Assembly: GCA_964276515.1 (NCBI GenBank)
Contig: OZ193910.1
Coordinates: 5,704,001-5,768,000 of the forward strand
DNA length: 64,000 nucleotides
Origin: Gordius albopunctatus
Taxonomy: Eukaryota
Direction: 5' to 3'
The position numbers and the translations under genes are program-made. Numbering within the stretch: the first letter of the stretch is position 1; each line of letters starts with the position of its first letter. The notes beneath the pieces were generated by a model, which saw only the letters and a list, made by a program, of their open reading frames with translations, made no database searches and had not been told where the DNA came from. This document shows positions 1 to 11,500 of this stretch, in pieces.

Positions 1-3000
1 ATTTTGTTTCCTCAGGCACCACCATATTAAATCGCGGGGGACCGTGTCATAAGCTTTCTCCAAGTCAATAAAAACCATATGTAGGTCTTTCCTCTTTTCA
101 CCATACTTATCCATCATTTGTCTTAGGGCGAAGATTGGGTCGATTGTGGATTTGCCGGCCACGAATCCGAATTGATTAGCCGATATTTCCACCTCGTCTT
201 TCAGCTTTGTTACTATGACCCTTTTCATAAGCTTCAAGTAGTGGCAAGTTAGCTTGATACCTCTGTAATTGCGGCAGTCCTGAGGGTCTCTTTTGCCTTT
301 AAATAAGGGTATACTCGTGCTTGCTCTCCATTTATTAGGGATACGATCTTCTACCAATATCTTGTTAAGGAGGTTCGTCATGGTGGTGACTCCTTCTTCA
401 CGACATACGAGCAATGCTTTCATGGGTATTCCATCTGGACCATTTGCTTTTCCTTTTTGCATCTTGTTCATTTCTCTCCTAACCTCATTCTCCTGAAAGA
501 GTTCGACCATACTTATATTTGGCTCAATTTCGGGAAGGGGATTCTTGTCATTTGCAATATTCATAAGTTTCTTAAAATATCCTTTTCATCACTTCTTTCG
601 GCTTGAATAAGGTTTGACCCTTCTCGCTTTTGACTATTTTAAGAACTCCGACATCGCGACTTTTCTTCTCCCTTATCTCGGCCAATTTTTACATAAGCCT
701 ATCGCCCCCTTTATGATCGAGTTTGTTTGCCATCTCGGTGTACGCGGCATTCTTCGCTTTTGCAACGGCCTATTTTGCGACCCTCTTTGCGTACCTGTAC
801 TCTTGATAATCCTCCGCCTTTTTTGATTTGTCACCGTCTATATAGATTTTTCTTTCTTACGATGAAATCTTTAACCGATTGATCCCACCACCATAGTTCC
901 CTATTCATAGCTTTACCTCCTTTGGTCTGCCTAGAACACGAATCGCTGTTTTCTTAATGTCCTTAGATAGCGTCTCCCAGTCTTCGTCTACGTCCCTTTG
1001 CAACTTACTTGCCCGCAAGAGTGATGAGACTTTTTGTTGGTATTCTTTGTTCGTCGACGTATCCTTTAGCCTTTCGTATCGAATTCGTGGTCCATAGACC
1101 TTTCTTCTTTAGGGAAATACTCTTCTGTCAAGATCCATAACAAGGGGACGATGTTGCCTGGCGATTTCTTCTCCCTGTATTACTTTGCAATCCTTGATAC
1201 TCCATAAGTCCTTTCGCCGTATAAACAAATAGTCGATTTGACTAAAATGCTTCCCACTTCTATAGGTCACAATATGATCTTCGCGCTTTTGAAAATAGGT
1301 GTTAACGATCGCCATGTCATATGCTTGGGATAATTGGAGAAGTTTTTCACCTTCTTTGTTCTTCAGACCATGCCCATAGCCTCCATAATTGCGTTCATAT
1401 CCGAGGCGATCTTTCCCAACGTGAGCGTTGAAATCTTCCCCAATAATTAGCCTTTCTTCCTGTCCTATTCCTTGTATTTCCTTTTCCAATGAATCGAAGA
1501 ATATGTCTTTCTCTGATTCCAAACATCCAATTTGGGAAGCATATGCTAGTGTTGCGATCTCGTCTCGGTCTCGAAAGCAAAATCTCGTCTCGGTCTAGAA
1601 CAATCTCGTCTCGACGAGAATTCTCGTCTCGTTTCGACTTTTAAAAATTATATCAAATATTTTTTTCTGACTCTTATAAATTATTATATAAGATATAAAT
1701 GGGTCAGAATGGAACCAAATATTTATCTCAAACCCCAAAACACAAGATAGATGGGTATCTTAAGGTAGGAAGCATTATTAGAGGTGTTATATACTACTTG
1801 CCTCGAAGGTATAAAGTTGCTAAACAATAACTTTTATTTCCTGGCTAAGCCTCAATAAAAGGATAAAGTTCATAATATCATCATATTTTAACATAATGAA
1901 TTTATTTAGATCTTACTTAATAACGATAAAATAGTGACAAAAATTAGAGAGTAAACTTTTGAAGATATCATTATTTATAACAAGTAATTATCTGGACAAT
2001 GTAAATACAATAAAATAGGCATTTTTGTCGGAAGAACATAAAAGTTTTAAGATCTAACGTTAATTGCACACATATAACTTCAAAACATAAAATTTTATTT
2101 AAAGCACAATTTACACTTCCCCATTTTATTTGATTCATCCTGGATACTGTGAAATGTTAGAGCAGCTTGCTCTTTTTTGTGTTGGATGATGAACTTGTTG
2201 CGCATAAACTCATTATAGGTCTAAAAATTTATATTATATATATGGTATACAAATAAGTAACAAATATTTAATTAATACTCAAATACCCTAAGGGCTACTA
2301 ACACTATGTTGTCTATTAAGATTTTATTACAAATTTGAAATTTGCGCGAAGCGGATAAATAGGTGCGTAAGTAATGTACTATCAAAAGTTTCAAAATGAT
2401 ATTAATTTGCATTTAATACCCTTAATTTAAATCTCAAAAAATAAAAATTCTTAATTAGCTAAATGAAAACTTAATAGATAAAAATTAAAGTCGAGATCTC
2501 GCCGATAAAATCTCGTCTCGTCGCGAGGTCAAAATTCTCGTCTCGATCTCGACTCAATTTTTAAAAATCTCAGACGAGACCGAGATTTTTCTCGGTTTTT
2601 CCGCATCACTAGCATATGCGCACATAACGGTTAGGAGTCTCCCTTGATCTGCAATCTTCATCCACATTAACCTGTCGGAACAACGCTTGACTTCCATCAC
2701 CTTGTCCTTGAACGATTCTCTTAGAACAATACTGACCCCATTTCTACGATTTGGTGACCCACTGTAGAAAAGCTTGTATCCTTCTCCTAATTCCCGAACT
2801 TTCGTTCCGTTCCACCTCGTCTCTTGTAGGCAGGCGATGTGTACCTTTCTTCCTTTTAGCATCTGTGCAACCTCGATGCTCTTCCCCGTCAACGTTCTCA
2901 CATTTCAGCACGTAATTCGCATTCTTTCCACAACTAGTTTCCTTAACCGCCTTTGTTGTGAGTTAGGCAGTAACCCTAGTGTATTTTTCACATTGCACGG

Positions 3001-3108
3001 GCGAGGTATGCAGTGCGCATCGTTTGTGGTGGACGCCCTAATCTTTTCTTGTAAATTCTTGTTTGAAACTATCATAATTTTGGAATTGATTTTTATAGCC
3101 GATTTCCG
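1..3108 (-). mobile_element. RTE-clade non-LTR retrotransposon (APE endonuclease + start of RT), decayed, runs off window start, interrupted by a hAT MITE
   Basis: Minus-strand ORFs 2554-2901 (IACLQETRW...GYKLFYSG...NGV) and 1109-1522 (IIGEDFNAHVG...SQIDY...QHRPL) are typical APE segments. Bases 1-500 translate on minus to RT N-terminal motifs (ANGPDGIP, NYRGIKL, NQFGF, FIDLEKAYD). Stops and frameshifts are present. Confidence 0.9.
1547..2611. mobile_element. Non-autonomous hAT-type element (MITE) inserted in the RTE LINE
   Basis: Perfect 8-bp TSD GCATATGC (1539-1546 and 2612-2619). 10-bp TIR TAGTGTTGCG/CGCATCACTA with 1 mismatch. Subterminal TCTCGTCTCG repeats at both ends. The paralogous LINE near 35549 shows the empty site. 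Confidence 0.92.
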
Positions 3109-3109
3109 A

Positions 3110-3323
3110 CAAATGAGAAAAATTCGCTTCCCAATATTGAGCCAAACATAAGTATAGTCGAACTATTTCAGGAGGATGAAGTAAGGACAAAAAAGTTGTA
3201 AAAAGAAAAAGCTAATGGCCCAAACAGAATAAGTATTGAAACATTGCTCGGATGTCGCGAAGAACTAGTTACGCCACGAAGAACCTTTTCAACAAGATAT
3301 TGGTAGAAAAGCAAATTCCTAAT
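3110..3323 (+). mobile_element. RTE LINE RT fragment, part 1 (5' flank of the hepadna-like insertion)
   Basis: Aligns by eye to the reverse complement of ~335-553 and ends at ...NKILVEKQIPN. Confidence 0.8.
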
Positions 3324-3355
3324 CGTTCCTCTCGCGTACTACTTACCCCTTGACG
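3322..3355 (+). repeat. Left 34-bp direct repeat of the RT element
   Basis: ATCGTTCCTCTCGCGTACTACTTACCCCTTGACG, 32/34 identical to 6002-6035. Confidence 0.95.
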
Positions 3356-3459
3356 CTCGTTAGTGTGAAAATTTTTTTTATTTTACCCCCTTAAACGACA
3401 ATATCCCCTTAAATAAATATTTTTCCAAGTCCACTTCCCAAATTAACACTACCGAGCCC

Positions 3460-4092
3460 ATGAACTCCCCCAATGATAAGGATTCGATCACTGCAAACGC
3501 TGAAGGTAACGCTAATAGGTCGGATCCAGCAATGACACTGATCCTGAATAGGCTAGCCGAAATGGATGCCAAGATCGAAAGAAATATCCTGGGAAGGAGC
3601 GGAGAAACGATCGATATGGCGGATCGGCCACATTGGGCACCGTCCCAGCCGACATAATCGGTGACTATGACCCGCACGGAACTGGAAGCACTCCTTGCGA
3701 GCGAACGAGCTAGAGCAGTCAACGTCCCCAGCTCTAACGTTGAAATACTCAAGTTACGTCTCAAGGGCCTTAGGGAAGCAGTAGAGACAAATTATTCAAT
3801 TTCGGCTCATCAGAAACATGAAGCTGAGTTCTTTCTCAGTCTTGGGGAATTGATCAATGACTACAACAAGACAATAGACAAATTCTCGGACAGAGTCCGC
3901 ACCATTGCCATGGCTTCGTATTACGGTTGGCAAGCCGTCACAGGAAAATCAAAAGATTGGGCAGAGAAGATGGGCATGGGGCAGTACACTGAGCCCGTCC
4001 AGCTTTTTCGGCCGCCTAATCGGTTCAATGCTCCGAGGAAGAAAGGCTCTTACTCGAAAGGGCCGCCTGCGCCTCTGGCGGAACGAACGTAG
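3460..4092 (+). pseudogene. ORF1, gag/core-like protein (~210 aa) with one internal stop
   Basis: ORFs 3460-3657 and 3661-4092 are in the same frame, separated by a single TAA. Predicted helical, with motif RVRTIAMASYYGWQAV and a basic/Pro-rich C-terminus. Confidence 0.6.
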
Positions 4093-5927
4093 ATACGTGA
4101 GGACGGTAGCGGTGACTCTCGGCTGAGGTGTTAACACGCCGAGGTCGGTGAGGGATGGTTCTATTCCTACTTGGCTTAATAACTACACTGCCATTGCTAG
4201 GAGTATCGCTTTGAATACCATCTCTCCCGACGATGGTCCGGAGTTGGAGGAGCCGATTCATCCTACCAACGCGCCGCTACCCGAACGAACTAATGTGCCG
4301 GGACATCTCCATGAACAATGGACGGAGGTGGGCATGGATAGCGACAGCCCACCTATCATTAGCGAACCGTCCAATATCCCCTCTTTCCCCTCCCACCCCT
4401 TATCCTCTTATTCACATTTTACTCTACCCCTATCCATACGGACCACAATTCTGAAACCGCACTTCAGGCAATCCCGATTTACCCATAGGATTGCGACGCA
4501 TGGCTTCAAGCCTAAATTGTCACGGATGACCATAGCCGACAACAAGGGAAGATATCACATCCCTCGATATGTAAAAGCTATCCCCCGTGAGCACAAAACC
4601 CTGGTTGACGAAATAGTGCTGAGCAATGTTGTTCGTAGAAACACGGAGGCAATTCCGTCGCCAATGTATTTTATTCACAAAAGTGACGGTTCCCCTCGTC
4701 TTATTGCGGACCTCTCGCAAATATCAAAAAATTTCATCAAATATCCTTTCACTTTAAAGTCGATTCCGCTTATCGCTTCATCTCTATCGGAAGCCCGTAT
4801 ATGACCAAGATCGACATGAAAGCTGCCTTTTTCTCCATTTCTCTGCCACCAGAATCCTCAAAATTCTTTGGATTCCGTTATAGAAGGAACAAATATTCGT
4901 ACAAAGTGCTACCCATGGGGGCGGGCTTCTCGCCCTTTGTTCTACAGCAGGTGATGCTTGACTTGTGTATTAAGGCCGTAACGAAGTGTAAGTACAATGT
5001 CTATCTGGGCAACATACTCATCTATGGTCGGTCCCAGACGATGGTCAAAGCAGACACCCGAAGATTCCTCTACTTAGCTAAATTCTGGAACCTGACAATC
5101 AACTACGGAAAATCGTCAGTAGAACCTCGTACCATCATGGACTATTTGGGTATCAATGTCAACTTAGAGAATCACACACTCAGGGTGAACCAGAAGTTTG
5201 TGTCAAAAATCGATGCCGCCATACAAATTATGTCCCACTTCCTGGCCACCAACAAGCTTCCACATCCCTTGGTCTCACAAACCTGCCTTGGAATTCTCAC
5301 GCATTACACATACATGCTGACAGGCTGGTCAAATTTCCTCTCTCAAGCGTACAACCTATGCCTATCAGGAGACCCCATACGATTCCACACGGATTGGCTG
5401 ATCAAGAAAATACTTATGGTACAAAACCACTTATCCACTCCTTTCCGAATGAAATACGAGACCAACGGTTTCACAGCCGGTGATGCTTCCACGTCCCACA
5501 TTGGCTTATTTTATCGAGGATCTGTCCTCTCCATTGCCAAGGGGGACGCTCTCGCTATCTTCGGCTGCCAAGACCTTATTCCCACTATCAACCTACTTGA
5601 ACTCGTCCCCATCCCCCTCGCTTACATTAAGGCCATGATCGACACTCCACAAATAAACACCAAGGTCCTTACGGACTCAAAAAGAGCGTTTTAAATCATG
5701 AAAAAGGGGTCGCACATGCGCCGCACCTGCAACTAGCTTTCACAAAAATCTGTAACAAGATGGGCCTAGATCCCATGCTCCGGATGAAGCAGAATATGGA
5801 GTGGGTATCTACCGACTGTAACCCGGCCGACGTACCTTCCCGGGAAAACTTCTTCGACGATGCCCAACTAGGAAGGATAGTTTTTTGGTCACGCTCGAAC
5901 CTTTCACACACCCAGAACAACAACTAG
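4028..5927 (+). pseudogene. ORF2, reverse transcriptase + RNase H (pol), frameshifted, catalytic motif mutated
   Basis: RT motifs YFIHKSDGSPRLIADLSQIS, KIDMKAAFFSI, KVLPMGAGFSPFVLQQ, YLGN (at the YxDD position), YLG. RNase H motifs GDAS, INLLEL, LTDS, and WVSTDCNPADVPSR (shifted frame, ending TAG 5925-5927). Breaks at 4124 (TGA), ~4800 (frameshift) and ~5692-5710 (stop and frameshift). Start position uncertain. Confidence 0.88.
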
Positions 5928-6001
5928 TTTGCTGAACGATAAAGACCATGAAAGATCCTAAGGATTACACTATATCTTATGACATGTTTTTTACCACTTT
6001 T

Positions 6002-6035
6002 ATCGTTTCTCTCGCGTACTACTTAACCCTTGACG
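6002..6035 (+). repeat. Right 34-bp direct repeat of the RT element
   Basis: ATCGTTTCTCTCGCGTACTACTTAACCCTTGACG, followed by a partial third copy (TCGCGTATTACT, ~6038-6049). Confidence 0.95.
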
Positions 6036-6135
6036 TTTCGCGTATTACTCATAATTATATATCTTTTTGTAATGTATGGATAGATATAAAATAAAACAAG
6101 AGATAGGGGGATATCCTGAATAGGACTCTCCCTTA

Positions 6136-6790
6136 TACTTATTTAAAGGCATAGGAGACTGGCAGTTACAGAGGTTTCAAGCTAACTTGCCACTCCTTGA
6201 ATCTATGGAAAGTATCTTAGTAACAAGGCTGAAAAACAAGGTGGAAATATCGGCTAACCAATTCGGATATGTGGCCGGAAAATCCACATTTGACCCAATC
6301 TTCGCACTAAGACAAATGATGGATAAATATGGGGAAAAGAGAGGGTACCACATGGCCATTATCGATTTGGAGAAAGCTTGTGACACGGTCACTCTCGATT
6401 TAAAATGGTGGTACTGGAGAAAACAAAATATCCCTGATGCATATATACGGCTTATGAAAAAATATTTAAGGACAAATTCGTGCGTTAGGACGAGAGTTGG
6501 AGACTTTAAACTTTTTCGAGTTAAAATTGGATTACATCAAGTATCTGCTCTAAGTCCTTGTTTATTTAATTAAATTATAGACACGATAACAAGAGACATC
6601 CAAAAGCATCACAATGGTGTATGAAATATGCCAAATCAGGTATTCAAAGAAGTAGAAAAGTGGACAAAGCGCTTAGCTGGATATGGTTTAAAAGTCGAAG
6701 ATAGAAAAGCGGTATACGTGGAAATTAACGTTACAGGCACCCCTGCTTTAGGTATGAAGATTTGTTGCTGTTTGATGGAAGGGAGACATG
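6136..6790 (+). mobile_element. RTE LINE RT fragment, part 2
   Basis: ORF 6187-6573 contains NQFGYVAGKST, IDLEKACD and GLHQVSALSPCLF. It continues the LINE broken at 3323. Confidence 0.88.
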
Positions 6791-8570
6791 AGTGAAGTAA
6801 AATTGCTTTAGTTATTGGCACGGAGGTAAGATTAAAGTAAAATTGCTCTACTGAGCCATTATTTATAGTTCACACGGCGTGGTTAAATATGGTGACAGAG
6901 TGAATGCTTGGGGTGTTGATGAGTGATGATAAGCTATCAAATGTTATGGTAAGATACGTACCACGGGGTGACGCATCTTTATTAGAATCGCAATTGGTCA
7001 CCAGCTAAAACGGTCATCAACGGTGAAAATGTTAATTCAGTTGATGGAAGTAGTAGAATTCAAACGCCTACCATCCCTTGAATATGACGTATTTGATTTG
7101 TGTTATTAGGTGCTTGTGCTGCAGAAATTGCTAAGTCCTTGGTCATTAAAGGAGGCCATTTAGGTTTGTAATGCTACTGTTAGAGACCATTTGCGGGATA
7201 GTAGAAATTTTGAGTGGTCGAGCAGACGTTGCAATTGTTGATTTTAATACGAGTGTATGAGGGCGTCGACGTTTTCATATGGAATAGTAACCATGTAAGT
7301 AAGCAGCTTGTGTTGTTCACAGCATTCGGACACGTTTGATTAGGTTTGATAGGTTGATTTTTGCAACTCGATGTTTCGTATTGATGCTGGTTTGACAAAG
7401 TAGAGCCCAATGTGCATTATTTTAACCAGAAAAAAACAATGAGTCCGATATTTAAAAAAAGTTCTGGGTGAGGAATGAAAAAAATTCCGTTTATCCAAAA
7501 GCGAGGTCACTAATTTTTAAGAGGAGTTATGCTTATTATAAAAAATATGGTATAGGGGAGAGGGTCAAAGGACAGTGGTTGTATGCTAGGCGTAAAGTGC
7601 GATATATTGTTGGAGAAAGAGAATTCGAAATATGAATATATCGCATGGAATACATTTAAATATATTGCATAGAATACATTTAAAAATATCGCGGTATTAA
7701 ATAATAAGTATATTAAGTAGTAAGTATTTAAATTTAAAAAAGTGTGAACAAGACGGGAAAACACTACATCATCGTTCAGAAAATGTAATTTAATTAACTC
7801 TCTACAGAAAGGATTGCGTTTCGCAACTAGCAAGTAAAAGTTACTTATGATAGCGGTAAATTTGATTAAATATTTCAATCAATAAGTTAAACAGTCATTT
7901 AGGCACACCTTGCAGAAAGCTCAAACAGTTATGAAAGACGCCATAGGCAGGAAGGCTAGTAAAAGAAAGGCGTACTCGCTATAAGCCAATTATTAATGAT
8001 TTAATCATTATATTTATTAATTGCTATGCAATTTATGGGCTCGCTTTTCGTTGCTTATATTTTAATTTTTTAATGAGCCAGACCTATGTGTAGCCAACTG
8101 GGGAAAAAATAAATAAGATATTTAGACATGCTATGTTATTAAGAGCAGATTATTACATTAGAGTGATAAACTTCCAAACATTTTTAACCATTGACAATAA
8201 GACGCACAAATTTTTTAATAAATCCCGTTAGTGCTAAATCTTTGTGACCTGGATCATATATTTTAATTAGAAGGTATTTAACCAATCGCTAAGTTTATAA
8301 CCACATAAATGGCACATCTTTATATTGCAGTTTCACGAGAAGAAAAATATTTAAATAAATATAAGAATTAACACAATTAAACTATAACAATTCACAATAA
8401 AGTTTGTCTAGTGATATATATCAAGATTGGCTGTGTAATTAATAAAGAAAATAACTTGAATATGAATATGCATATATATGGACATAAAAACAATTAATAT
8501 AACCGGATATTGAGCAATTAAGTATTAACCGTTATGATTAAGAGATCAAAGATATAACAGTAACATTGTG

Positions 8571-11500
8571 TCAAAAGGCAGCATCAAAATCATCTGAGTT
8601 ATAGCCCCTGAGTGAATCTTTGGCAAATAAAGGATTTACCTCATCCAAAAAATCCCGCTCAGCATTGCATTGTAGACCAGTTTCTGATTTAGATTGGGTA
8701 TCAGTGTCGTACTTGCAATAATCTTCAGATTGAAATATTTCATCTAAAAAGGATAGGGAACCTAGCCTAGACCTTGAATCATTGTTTTGGTTATTAGTAA
8801 AGGATATAACACCCGTTTCTCCGTTTAGAGGATTATTTAGAGGGCTGAACATGAGATCATCTTGGAGAGAATCTTAAAATAACATTTAACGAAAAAAAAT
8901 TAACTAAAATACTGAATTCAAAGAGGCGTTCTTCTTCTTCGCAAGTCTCTGGAAAAGTAGCAAATGTAGAATGAGCGTAGTTTCTAAGGTCGTCAAAATT
9001 TGTAGTATACGAGCAAATGCCAGATGTGGGCGTAGGTGAAGAGATCAATGATCCATCTGAGGATGGGCTTAAAACCCCGGGGTTACCATTCCTTCTATAG
9101 GTTAGGCTAAATGACGCAGAGACCGCTATGTTTTGATTACCGTCTTTCTTAAGCGAGCTATTTATTGACACATAACTTCGCTTGGGTATTAAATTTTCGA
9201 CGTTGGATTTAATTGGATAAAATCCCGCAGTGTCTAATGAACTAAAACAATGGAGTTTGGCGATATCTCGACTATTTTGAGACTTATCTATATTATTGCT
9301 TCCACCATTTATCATGTAGTTGGCATATGCAAAATTATTGAGAAGCAGCTTGTTAGTAGCATCGTTCAAAGTATAATTAAATTTTAGGGGCGATAAGCAA
9401 GATTCATAAATTGATGAAAACGTTTTGTTTGAATGAAAAATATTTGCAGCAGTATTAAATTGTTGTGGCAACGAAAGAGGTTCTTTAACTTTATTTAAAA
9501 TCGTAAAATAGGCTGAATTCTCATCACTATCTCTGGTATTTAGCAAGGATAAGTTAGGTGTGGCACTTAAGTAGCCCTGATCTATTGAAGTTCCTGGTGA
9601 GGTAATATTTGAGCTTATAACTTTTGTTTTGAGTAGAGGAGGCAGCGTTTGAAAAATTGGTGAGCTTGAAAGGTTATTTTGATAATTCAATTTATTCGTA
9701 GTTTTTATGTCTTTAAACACATTACAACTATTTGGGATAGCTGCCAAAGCTTCATTATTTGTACATGTTGATGGCGCTGAATTTAGAAAGTATATTACAA
9801 AGTTTTTAAATATAGCAAACAGATGCTCTAGCTAGCTAATGTTGACATACAGATAAATGTTATTATTAATTAATTTACCGATCTTGTAACTTTGTCCCTG
9901 AGTCTTAAGCTTTTTGTTATGAAATCTTCGCATCTTATTTTCTCTGGATCTCCTATTTTGAAACCACACCTGTAATATAAAGTTTAACGTGTAAGTATTC
10001 GCTCAATCTAATTATTATTATTATAGTTATGATTTTTATTTAATAAACGTGTATTTTAGCCTCTTCTATGTTAATTCTGAAAGACAATCGTTTTTTCTCC
10101 TCGGAATTTGGGTAATGATTTTCTTGAAATAGATCCTCCAAATTATTAAGTTGTTCCTGTGTAAACTGTGTCCGTTTTCTTTGTTTGCTTTGAGAAATGT
10201 TATACACACTTACACCGTTACTTTGGTTATTACTGTTTTGATCATTGATGTAGTTTGAATAATGATCATCGTTGTTATTTATCTGAGGACTAGAACTTGA
10301 ATACTTACCGCATTTATTCATCATTGAATTCATTTGCAACCATACATCATCGTCTTTTAAATCTAATATTTGTGAAATCAAAATTACATAAAGATGCTTT
10401 ATAAAATTAGTAAGTTGTATGAAAATGAGATAGAAACTAAATAACGACTACATTTTACATAATAAAAATGCAAAAAGAGGGCATTGAGAAGATAAATTTA
10501 AAGACGAAACATTTAATTCTTAGTTCTTATAAGGTTACTGTCTAAATTAATATACAGATCATGTCGTCAAAATGATTTAACTAACAGTTTGTTGCACTAC
10601 CGACTCAATATAGTCATAAGGGATAGCATTAGCACGAATATTCCACATTTTTAGAAGTTAGCCACAAAAATAATTTTGTGTCCATTTTATTTACGTTTAA
10701 AATCACCTTTGATATGTAATTTGTATCTTTTATTATAAAAACATATTTAAAGTTCTACCTAGGATCACATTCATCTCGTATAAGTTTAATTTTAATTTCA
10801 TCTGTAAAGTAAAATTTTAACACAATTTACTGATAAAACCATATTTGATTTGATATTGAACATGGTAGCCGGGGGAGGAGGGGGGACGGTAACTGGTTCA
10901 AATAGCGTTTAAAATTAAAAAAAATTAGCCTTATGCCTTCCCCATGACTAAACATTAATTAATATAGAAACTAATTGAAAAATTTATATGATAATCTAAA
11001 TTTTTATTCTTTAAATTGAATATTAATTTGAAATTGAATATTCATTTCTCATCACCAAATTCAAATTTATATGGACATTATAAAATATTTTGCAAATCCG
11101 TTTAAGACAAATGTGTAATTTAATTAAATTTTTTGAGGGAGGTTATTAGAGAGTTAGCCCAAAATCCTCAAAACCTTTATTCTGATATAACTTTTAATTT
11201 CATTTTGATATTGAGTCTTCAGGCTTGAGGCTAACGACCTGCATAATTTATTTTAAGACCCGGCCCGAGCCCAAATTTTTAAATTTTCAGGGACTTTGGT
11301 CGGGCCCGGAATTTTAATAAATAAAGAAATCTAAAAATAACCCTAAAACATGTTCCTCGTATAAATTTATTAAATAATTTAACGCATAAATTAAGACTAT
11401 AAATGAATTTAACTTCAACTAGCGTAGGTAATATCACTAATTATTATCTGCGATATCCTCATCTTCAGAAACTAAATTTAACTTTTGGCAATTTTTCTAA

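Larger units (their letters stand above)
3322..6135 (+). mobile_element. Hepadnavirus-like / DIRS-related RT retroelement (HEART-like) lacking integrase, decayed
   Basis: Gag/core-like ORF1 plus RT-RNase H ORF2, bounded by 34-bp direct repeats (3322-3355, 6002-6035). It splits an RTE LINE that resumes near 6136. Visibly more GC/CpG-rich than host intergenic DNA. Confidence 0.8.

Noticed and set aside
3378..3764. Minus-strand 128-aa ORF, and other antisense ORFs over TEs and genes (293-496, 614-826, 2774-3151, 27031-27291)
   Set aside because: These are shadow frames of coding sequence on the opposite strand, with no motifs of their own.
3322..6135. Canonical LTR or complete DIRS retrotransposon
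   Set aside because: The repeats are only 34 bp, with no TG...CA ends, PBS or TSD. No protease, integrase or tyrosine recombinase is recognisable. A DIRS deletion derivative remains an alternative.
6830..7420. Possible degraded APE endonuclease on minus (VLAGD-like motif)
   Set aside because: Only one or two weak motif fragments, too decayed to call.
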